DNA of 64,000 nucleotides, taken from the NCBI RefSeq assembly GCF_964355755.1, contig NC_092671.1, forward strand, positions 37,086,304 through 37,150,303, in the 5' to 3' direction. Shown here one piece after another: positions 13,801 to 23,800 of the stretch. Positions within the stretch are counted from its first letter, which is position 1; each line of letters starts with the position of its first letter. The notes under the pieces were generated by a model. It saw only the letters and a list, made by a program, of their open reading frames with translations. It was not told where the DNA came from and ran no database searches. The stretch is from Antedon mediterranea (lineage: Eukaryota; Animalia; Echinodermata). The position numbers were made by a program, and so were the translations under genes.

Positions 13801-16581
13801 TCAAGCAGAAAAGCAAGTATACAATGTTCGTTAAATAGAAATGTACCAAAGAAATTTAATAAGCTTGTTTATGGCAGCCGATACCAAATAGTGGTTTTCC
13901 GTTTTGGCGACTTGTAAATGTAGCGTCGTGTGTGAAGCGATCTTCGACCGCGATGGAGTGTAAACAAAACAGGACCGCTAGGCCTCATATGGCCTAGCGT
14001 ATATTAGCCTAGCTTGGTTATGATCAAAGGTAGGTGTATTCTGTGTATGGACGTCGCCAAATACAAAATAATGTATTACGACACACACTGTAGATCTTCG
14101 AATTAATGGGTGGGCTTATACCCGAGTGCCTCATTTTTCATGAAAATTAGTCAAAAGTCGGGGGTGGGCTTATACCCGAGTATGGGCTTATACCCGCGTC
14201 AGTACGGTACTTAAATTGTCTGTCAGACAATAATTTTTGGTTACAATTAACTGTTTCTTTTGTCTTTTTATAAGTGAAATACTGATTTTTTTTTGTTTTC
14301 TTTAAAAAGAAGTCAATAACTTATTAAAACTGCAAAATGGCCTATTCAAAGCCTGATTTTATTAATCTTCATTTTTCATGTTTTTTGGAACAAAACATCT
14401 TGAATTATTAATTTATTATTATTATTTGATTATTTATAGGTATACTTGATGTTACTCATTTTGTCAATAAGCTGAAACAAAGTCAGGATAGAAAAATTTC
14501 AAAAGAAAGACAAAAACCAAAGGTTGGAATAAATACAATTGAACATGGTGCTCAGGTAAAACAAAATCTTGTATCCACTTGTGAAGTCATAGCAAAATCT
14601 GTAAATTCTGTGGAACAAAATGTCCACACAGAAGAGCTGCAGCAAGTACCTCAACAATGGTACAAAAACAGCAATGAAAAATGTTGTGAAACTAATCAAA
14701 ACACATCGATAGAGTTTAAAGAGGAAATGCCGATTGATTTTCATTCAGAAACATGCAATACAGCGGAACATGGTTGTTTAAGACGTGAGAACAATTACTC
14801 TAAATTTGTTGATAAAAAAACTACCCAACTGATAAACATATCACCTGATAATAACTGTAAGTTACCACTGTCAAAAAATTCCAAAGAGAACAGTTCTGAA
14901 GTCAGTAATTCGTCTGTTGTGACACGTGGATACCCATTTACTACAACAAACTGTATGGATTTCTCTGATAATGAGTCTGATGTGTCAGAAGAAGTCTCTT
15001 TACAAGATTTAGTAAGAAACAATTCTTTTGTCTGATGATCGTTCAAGTCCCATTCACCAAGACTCTCCTGGCGCTTCCTGTCCATCAAACACAAGTGCAG
15101 AATTTTCTACTCACTTAATATGTTCTACCAACAGTGGTCTTTCAGTATTTCCTGCAGACTCTCTTGTAGCAGTTCCTTCAAAATCTCTTGTAGCAGTTCC
15201 TGCAGACTCTCTTGTAGCAGTTCCTTCAGAATCTCTTCTTGCAGTTCCTTCAGAATCTCTTCTAGCAGTTCCTTCAGAATCTCTTCTTACAGTTCCTTCA
15301 GAGTCTCTTCTTGCAGTTCCTTCAGAATCTCTTCTAGCAGGGATAGAAGGAAGTCATTTGCAGTCAAATTCAGAATTTTCTTCAAATTCTCATTTACCTA
15401 AACCATTGACTTCCAAAGATTTGCAATCTGCAACTGACATCTCCAATTCTCCAGTTGATCTTTTGACAGATTCTTTGAATAATGTGCTACTACCTGATGC
15501 TATGTCATGTCTTCCAATACCAGATTGTCATTTAGAGAGGTCAGTTCCATTAAATAAAGAAATTAATGATTTAAAACCAAATGAAGTTGAGTATTCAGAC
15601 ATTAAAAGGATTACCGTTGAAATGATCCTTAAAAAGTTGAGACATCTTAAGTCACAGGATGAGAAAACCCAAGTTGACAGTGGAAAGAATATTCCAGATT
15701 CAACAACAATGTCCGATGTTGACCACATAAAAAATGACATTGATAATAATTGGTCAGATTTTGCACCAATTAAGAATACCTTCACTCAATGCACTTGGGA
15801 ATTCTTCATTGAAAATGAGGCTAGGAGAAACTATAACAGAAAGGTGACTTTAAAATTACGTTGGAATTCAAAAGGCGGAGAACCTATTCGATGCGTCGAT
15901 AACAAAGGTGCAATATTAGACATACGCAGTATGCAGCCGTTTGTTAGATTAAAACAGTTAAAGTCGCTTACAACTCCCATTGTGCTAAAAACCTGTGATA
16001 ACAGTCCTCTTTCAAGAATAGGAAAAAAGAGACCACCGATATTTATACGTAAGAGCAGATTGTCAACGTTTCGTCAATTCCGTTCCAAAGAAAATGTAAT
16101 CCGACTTGGAAATAGACAAGTTATTGATAAACCTGTTGTTTGCAAGGTGTGTAATTTTGGTTTCGCAAAACAGGAAACTTTTAGAGTTCACATTGCTTCC
16201 TGCAGTAAACCAATTCATCTAAAGAAAGACAAAGCTTTAAAATCATTATTTGATTGCTTACCGTCACCAGTAGATAAAGACAAGAATTTAACCAGTATCG
16301 CACAACAATGTACGTTATGCACGGAAACATTCACTGATCGCGTTCAACTTAAGATTCACATGTTCACTGTTCACAAGGCACGTGTCTTGGAACACTTGCC
16401 AAATCGACCGTACGCATGTTCTATTTGCCCGAAGCGATTTAAAAAAAAGGGTCACTTAGTTGGACATGTGTGGACGCACATGCCACATGGATATAAGTGT
16501 AGTGATTGCAGAATGTCATTTCCGCGTCCTCATATACTTAATGGCCATATTAGAAAATACCACCGTACTGGAGTCCGATAG
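10878..16581 (+). CDS. HMG-box-like and C2H2 zinc-finger protein (apparent +1 frameshift at ~15027)
   Basis: Exons 10878-10901 (MALTTPRK), 11003-11200 (PPEEPCVRFF..VMQVWNEMKNEEKEVYYKEYEQD, HMG-box-like), 13070-13142 and 14440-16581. The last exon reads open to TGA at 15035, while the overlapping frame from 15028 carries C2H2 fingers (CTLC..H..H, RPYACSICPKRFKKKGHLVGHVWTH, YKCSDC..H..H). Confidence 0.75.
11220..11883. mobile_element. Non-autonomous Tc1/mariner (pogo/Tigger-like) element, copy A
   Basis: TIR CCGTACTGACGCGGGTATAAGCCCA, TA flanks at 11218-11219 and 11884-11885, internal repeats of CGGGTATAAGCCCACCC. Confidence 0.85.
12218..12897 (+). mobile_element. Helentron-associated (HINE/DINE-1-like) non-autonomous element
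   Basis: Starts TTTACCTCCGCCAAGGAGG, contains a (GTTT)n microsatellite, and ends with sub-TIR CGGAGGT, hairpin CACTCTCTGAGTG and CTAGTT. Confidence 0.6.
13533..14207. mobile_element. Non-autonomous Tc1/mariner (pogo/Tigger-like) element, copy B, inverted relative to copy A
   Basis: Same TIRs and TA flanks; body is a near-identical reverse complement of 11220-11883. ORFs 11503-11775(-) and 13570-13917(+) share their peptide for this reason. Confidence 0.85.
15151..15338 (+). repeat. Coding 24-bp tandem repeat (AVPSESLL-like, ~8 copies)
   Basis: GCAGTTCCTTCAGAATCTCTTCTT-like units inside the zinc-finger ORF. Confidence 0.9.
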
Positions 16582-16969
16582 AATTTCATATACGAGAGAA
16601 AAAATGAGACACAGAATGTGCAGAAGATAAATTTGTATTTGTTCATAATAAATAAAAACATTAGTCAGGACCAGACTCAAATTATATATACATATATATA
16701 TTTTTATTTAGCAACTACAGTAGAGTATGTATTGTTCTTACATACAACAAACAAACAGTATTCAAAATATTTTATTTATATCTATTTTACAATACATATA
16801 TGTATAGATATTAATATATAATTATTAATATATTAATATAAAGACATTTTTTAAAGAACTTTGCAAATTAAAGCAGTATCAGTATTTTATTATAGGCCTA
16901 TTTTAATCTTTTTAAATAGTAATTTATTAGCTATGTATAATTTTTGTAGTTAAAATTAAATTTGATTAG

Positions 16970-17276
16970 TTTATGATAAACTCAATATTGTTAAAATCTA
17001 TAATTAAGAAAGGTTTTTATTAGTACATGCTAATTAAATATAATTATTTTATGATAAACTCAATATTGTTAAAATCTATAATTAAGAAATGTTTTTATTA
17101 GTACATGCTAATTAAATTTAATTATTTTATGATAAACTCAATATTGTTAAAATCTATAATTAAGAAATGTTTTTATTAGTACATGCTAATTAAATTTAAT
17201 TATTTTATGATAAACTCAATATTGTTAAAATCTATAATTAAGAAATGTTTTTATTAGTACATGCTAATTAAATTTA
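16970..17276. repeat. 78-bp AT-rich minisatellite, ~4 copies, between convergent 3' ends
   Basis: GATAAACTCAATATTGTTAAAATC recurs at 16975, 17053, 17131 and 17209. Confidence 0.92.
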
Positions 17277-17629
17277 CATGTGTTCTTTTTTGCCATTTGG
17301 CGTACATTCTGTTAAAGAATTATACATTCTAAAAGGATACAATGTTACTGTAAGTTGCAGTATTTGATTAGTTTTGCCTTGAATTTGAAAAATTACTGTT
17401 ACTTTGTTATCTAGTATTATGTTTAGAATATTTAAATAAATTATGTTGACGTGTTAATTAGTTTTTAATGAGATACCTTGTATTAATTTAAAGAATTTAT
17501 TGATTTGTCTTTTAATTGATAATAATAAGCATTCATTAACTAGTATTTTACACCACCCAAACGATCACTTCTACAATGGTTGCGGTTACCACCCCAATTA
17601 TAGTACTGACTGCCACCACCATAATTGGA

Positions 17630-17860
17630 ATGCGGCCACCTCTGCTGCCACCACCCTAATTGCGACCACCTCTGCTGCCACCACCCTAATTGCGACCACC
17701 TCTGCTGCCACCACCCTGACTGTAGCCACCACCCCGACTGCCACCACCCCAACTGCCACCACCCTGATTGCTACCACCTTGCCTGTAACCTCCCTGACTG
17801 CTACCACTCCGATTGCTATTACCCCTACTTCTACCACCCCGACTGCTACCACCTCGACCC
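17630..17860 (-). repeat. Gly-rich 15/30-bp coding repeat (GGGSRGG..) spanning the RdRP-helicase stop codon
   Basis: GGTGGTGGCAGCAGAGGTGGTCGCAATTAG units on the - strand; the repeat continues past the TAG at 17688-17686. Confidence 0.85.
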
Positions 17861-20800
17861 CTTTTTCTCCTACCATGCTCAAAACTATCTCTTGTATCCC
17901 CCTGTTTCTCTGTCCTGATATTTTGTGATTCGCCAGCCTCTTCACCCCTTCCAGATTTGGTTGTAGACTCCATATCTGCTTCCGACACCATTGCATTCAT
18001 TTCTTTGACCCAATTAATCCAATGGCTCCACAGGGCACTACTCCTCAATGTACTTGCATTTCCAACTATGATTAAACCTCGTCGTGCCCGCGTTAACAAC
18101 ACATTAAAACGTCGTTCATCGTCCAGGAATCCTACAACATTACCAGGTAAATGGTTTTTTTGTGAGTATTACTTTGTTAAAACAATAAATTAATTTAATT
18201 TTTGTATAAAAGTGTTCAGTAATAATGATAAAATTATAACCATATATTCTTTTTTTTTATATTCATGCATCATAGTTTTCTTATATCCATTGTTGAATAG
18301 TTAAAATGTACTAACCAATAAATTGATCTTTATTCGACCGAACAGCAGAAAATATGATCACTTCTCTTTCCTGTCCTTGAAAACCATCCACAGTGCGGAC
18401 GTCAATTTTCTGTTTGAGTGTTTTCTTGATTAAATTAACCTACGTACCAGGTATGAAAACTTACATTAGATAGATCAAAGCAATCTATTGGATACATTTG
18501 TGTTCTGTTTATGTTTCAGGTCAAAGTTTACACAAGTCAAAGGTCAACTGGTTGAGAAATTTAAATTAATAGCATATACGCATGTTGTGTTCAATTCGAA
18601 TGCAAGTTATACTACATTATGTAAGTACAGCATATATTTTTCTATCACATTGTGATATGTATTATTTTGTACCTGAGCTGTATATGGTGATATGATCCCT
18701 ATTTCACTTTCCTTGATCTGTTTTGCGTTTAACAATCCAGCAACAAGTGTCTTGATGCGGTTGGCTTCATCAATATTAGACTTAGAAGAACCTGTCGTCA
18801 TTTCTTTACTCTACAATTGAAAGTAAAACATGCTAAAGTGTATAGAAGACTACACAAAAAGTAAGTATCGTATATATCCTCGAGTATAATCCCACTTCGG
18901 GTTCTAATCCCACCTTATACTTTATGTCTGATTTCACAAACAGGCATATCCCCAGGTAGAGTCGGTCCCAGTATTAACCTTTGATCTAGATGTAGGCCTC
19001 TCTCTAGCCAGTTTAGATGAGTTTTTACAAGAAATGGTAAACAATAATTTTTTTTTTCTGAACCAGGCTTTCCCTGGTACAGTCTCGCTGATCGGCCCAA
19101 TTTCGTGTTAAGTGGAATTATAGCAGAGGATATACGGTAGTACAAGAACATAAAGACGATGTATTTCATTTTTCAAGTTTTTTAGACATTTAGTAGACAT
19201 TGACAATCACAATACTACTTAAAAGCAAGTATGAACAGAGTATGATACAATGAAATCAAAATAGTTGTTCTTTGCTTTTGTTACAAGAGAGTTCTTTGTA
19301 CTAATAGCTTTTGAATTATATTACCTTAATATCTAAGAAGATTATAGGCTGGCCTTTTTCGTGATAAGGAAATCCAGACGGAAGAGGTCTTCTTTTTGCC
19401 TCTACTCCGTTCAGTAGTTTGCTATCATAAAATTTCAGAGATGGGAACTCTGCGAGCTTTGGATGCATTCTGTACTGGGTGTTCAGAAGATGTGTTGGGA
19501 AGCTCCTTCTTAACCTTTATGCAATAAATAAAATGTATTATTTTTTGTTCAAATCAATAAAAGAATTCTAAACTCTGTCTACACTATCAAATTTTATGTG
19601 ACAAAAATATATGATGTAGCCATATATGGACATGATGATGTCATATCACTACACATAATGGGCATACAGTATCACTATCATACAGTATTTGGGCACATCA
19701 CACTTTTTTGTCAAACTAGTTAAGTTTGATAGTGTAGACAGAGCTTAATCATTTTCTATGTCGTTTACATGATTAGAAGACATTAGAATTTCATATGAGA
19801 ACATTTCAAATATTTACCTTTCAAATATAGACATTTTGAGATTGTCTGCATTAGAGCTCTTCACCAGTGGAGGTAGTTGTTTGTCATCTCCAACAAGACA
19901 TAATCGTATGCAGCCATATTGCAGCGGCACTATGGCTGCTGGTTCTGTAGCTTGTGACGCCTCGTCCATCAGAACATGTGGGAAATGTTGGTCTGTCATA
20001 TAGCCTACACCCGCCCCAATACAGGTAGTGAAAACGATCTACGAAATTGAAACAGATATTTGATCTATTGAATGGTTAAATCAACTTATAAGCTAAAAGA
20101 TCCACAATGAATAGTTAGTATTTAAGCTCTGTCTACACTATCAAACTTGATGTGACAAAATAATGTGCCCATATATGGACATGATGATGTCATATCACTA
20201 CCATATTTAAACATATCACTACCATATTTGGGCACATACTTCTTGTTTTTTATCAAACTAGTTTGATAGTTGAGAGAGCTTTACAGTACCTTAGCCCGAT
20301 GTATAATATCTTTTGCAACAGCAAAGTCCATCTGCATAGCATGCATCTTGTGTCCTCCAGCCGAGTACTTTGCCTCAAGAGTTATGCGTTTCATATCGTC
20401 AGTCACTTTACTAACGTTTCCAATTCGAACCATATCATCTGGAGATATGAAACCAAGTGTTAACACTTTCATAATCAAGTTATTTACGCCCTCGTTTGTT
20501 TCCGCACATGCTAGAATCGGTTTAGAATCCCAGGTGTCCACCCATCTCTTGATAATCTCAGTGGCAGTAAATGTCTTTCCAGTTCCAGGTGGACCTTGGA
20601 TGATAGTTATCCCATCATTCATTGCAGCATCGACTGCTTCCATTTGGCTTTCATTCAGGACTCTTGCCTCACCCCTTTTTGCTGGTTTACGACGTGTAGA
20701 CGAGGCAGCTCCAGAAACAGCTGATTGTTCTAAAGTGTTAGAATTATCTGGAACTTCTCTTTCATGTTCTGGTTGTTTTGCATTGTCTGCATTTACGTCT

Positions 20801-23800
20801 GAATGATGAAATTCTGGTGAGATTTCTGATGCGATTGGACAGGTTTCCTTAACGGTATCACTTGAAAGAGCACATATATTTTTCAGAGCATCTATCATGC
20901 GTCTATATGAGACAAGGCTGGCAAATCTGTCAACACGCCAGTAGCTGTTGCGTGGGACATCTTGAGCGGTCAACTCATCTGGCGACGAGCCAACTTTACA
21001 GATGAGATTAACCTGAATCATAAGACCTTTAAAGAACAGAAAACATAATTATTAAATATAAACTCACTCAAAGGCATAAAAGAACTCTAAACCACCTGGT
21101 GATATAATGGAAATTAATTACTTTTTTAAATGTTAAGGTGAGGAAATCTGTGAGGATAAAAAAACGAATAAAAAAAAAAAAAAATTCTTTGAGAATGAGA
21201 AAAATCTGACCCAACCGAGAATTGAACCCAGAATGTTCTGCTTGCAGACTTCCTACTATTAGACCACTGGGACTTTCATATGCATACATTTGAGACAAAA
21301 ATCATTAATTTACTTATACAGCAACATGTACGTAGACCTACTAAAATACCAAAGTCACAAAATCATAATAGAAATACATGCAAGATATTATGTCACAGGA
21401 TACCTACCTGTTCTTTTTGATTGCACGCATTCAGCAAAGTATTTTGGTTGAAACAGCAGGTTTTCATCCATTTGATGAGATGGAGTAAGTGCCATGCCAT
21501 CTTGAGGCAAAAACGTCTGACGTGGAGCCTGAATGTTCAACCATCTTGCCAGCTTGCTTTCTGGGAAGGCATGTGCTTTTGAGAAATTGTCTGTGTTGAT
21601 GGCAGTCTTCTTAAACACCTTGGCTTCCTCTAAGACTTCTATTGTCAAAAGACTGGTCCATCTAAGAAAGTATGTCTTGGCACCTTCCGTTTTGAAATCA
21701 GTTGGATCCAACGGAAATAAACCTGAAAACAAATTTACTTTTATATCAAAAACTTTTTAAATTATTTTATCTATTTCTACAGTACAATATTTTAGTAACA
21801 AACTGCTGTTAATATTAATATTGGGCCAGATACAGTCAACTCCCCCAAAACCGGAAAATCTCCCAAAGGTCCCAAATTCCTTTTTACCATTAAAAACACG
21901 TTCTGAATACCAGACTTTCCAGAAAACCAGACATATTTGGCCAGCCTAAAGGTGTCGGCTTTTTGGGAGAGTTGACTGCATCGTGATAATTATCATTACA
22001 TTAGCTCTTTATACCTACCAATCTCAAATTGTTTGAGAAGATCCACAGAATGTGTTTCCACTGCATTCCCATAGATCAATAGCTTTAGGAAATTTACATA
22101 TGTGGCTACTCGAAAAAATGTACATTTTCTCTCCATGCTTTCCAAAAACCTGGAAATCATAATATTATTAAATAATAATATTTCAGGACTTGTATTTTTA
22201 AAATTGTAGGTGTTCTACAAATTGCCTACACTATCAAACTAGTTTGACAAAAAAGGTGTGAAGTGCTAAAATATGTAGTGATATGCCCAAATATGGTAGT
22301 GATATGACATCATTTTTTGTCACATAAAGTTTGATAGTGTAGGGTAGACAGAGCTTAATAAATGTGGTGTTTGTATCATAAAAAGTGTAAAAGTTTGCCA
22401 AATTTAAGTGTGATGTAATTTGCACCACCTTAAAGGTCAAATTGGCACATGACCTTTCTAGATTTTTTTAGTTTTAATGATTATAGGATATAGAGCAATC
22501 TCCATATACATCTGTACTTATTTCTCCATGGAATAAATATTGCCAACAAAGAATGTAAGAATGTGCACAGCAGTAACCTTGATGTCTTTGGTACAGCAAA
22601 ATTGCGTTCCATTGCAAGAAAGCAAAGTAACTTGTAATACGGGTCATCAGTGTAGTCATTGCTCAGTTTGGCATTTGTTTTCGAAAAAAGTATTTCTGTA
22701 TAACTTGCTATGTAAGCACCATTCTGAAAAGAACACAGTTCAGTAACAAATTAAACTAACTGTGCAGTTGTTGTATACATTTGTAGGTCTATAGGCGGAC
22801 CCCCCCCCCCCCCCCTCTCAAAAATGTCTGGATCCGACCCAGATAGCTAAACTTTGTCTCCCCCTCCCAATTTTCACAAACTCTCTGTAGTTTTTTAACA
22901 ACCCACCTCAGAGTCTCCCTCAGCCATTGCAAAAAATTCCTGTAGTTGAGAATCCAGTAAAGTTTCATTGTCTGCAAAAACCTTCAATTCATCAAACTTC
23001 TTATCAACCTCGTCAAACCAGGTCTTTTTGTGTTCAGTATGTTGTGAATGAGAAACCACTGGAAAATCATCTTCATTGTACTCAAATTCTGGAACTTCAG
23101 AATCATTTAGAACTGGTTCTACATCCGGAGGATCTGTATCTGCTATGTAATATGTCGGTAACATTCTAATGTCTGTATACCCTAAAAATAATTCACAAGA
23201 CATTACAGGTTCCCGTCTTAGATACGCATTACGATGTCTACTCTTAAACCCAGTGGAGAAATTCTGGAGGGCGACGCTCATTACTGTATGTCCATTTTCT
23301 TCCATGATGTTAATGAACGTGTTTCCTGTAGATTGATCAGCTGGATAGATTTGCAGCCTGCTACGGCGTACAAGCACTGCTTGGATAAATTGGCCTTTAT
23401 CAACTATGCAGTTCTCTGATTTGAAACCGTGGATGGAAACAAACGCCCTCAAACCAGGAGATGTCGTTGCATCATTAGACATTTGCGATAGTTCAAGTGC
23501 TCCGGGTATAAGAATAGTTATTATCCATATTCCACCGAGGTCAAACTTGCAGATCAGTAATTTTGGAAGATCTTCAGCAACTTTGCTTATTATTTCTTCC
23601 CAAGAAAATGATTCTTGAGTATGGTCCGCCATAGTGTACATCAAAGACCATTTAGTAGGGGATATTTCGGAGTCAAGAGTAGCAATATCTTCTTGAGACA
23701 ATATAGACGAGTGATTGAGGCCTGAATGTTTTGCTTTGATTACGTCTGTGCTATCTGGACAATCAACCATTGCAAGATCTCGCTGCAATCTGGTGAACGT

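Noticed and set aside
11503-13917. Duplicated small proteins (11503-11775- and 13570-13917+)
   Set aside because: Both fall within the two inverted copies of a non-autonomous transposon and show no transposase motifs.
17500-17996. Thr-rich, Cys/His-rich and Val-rich ORFs (17500-17928+, 17625-17918+, 17598-17996-)
   Set aside because: Alternative-frame readings of the Gly-rich repeat at the end of the RdRP-helicase.
17686-21026. Bona fide UPF1 gene
   Set aside because: No N-terminal Cys/His-rich domain, much lower similarity than expected for the highly conserved UPF1, and the exons splice in frame to the upstream RdRP.
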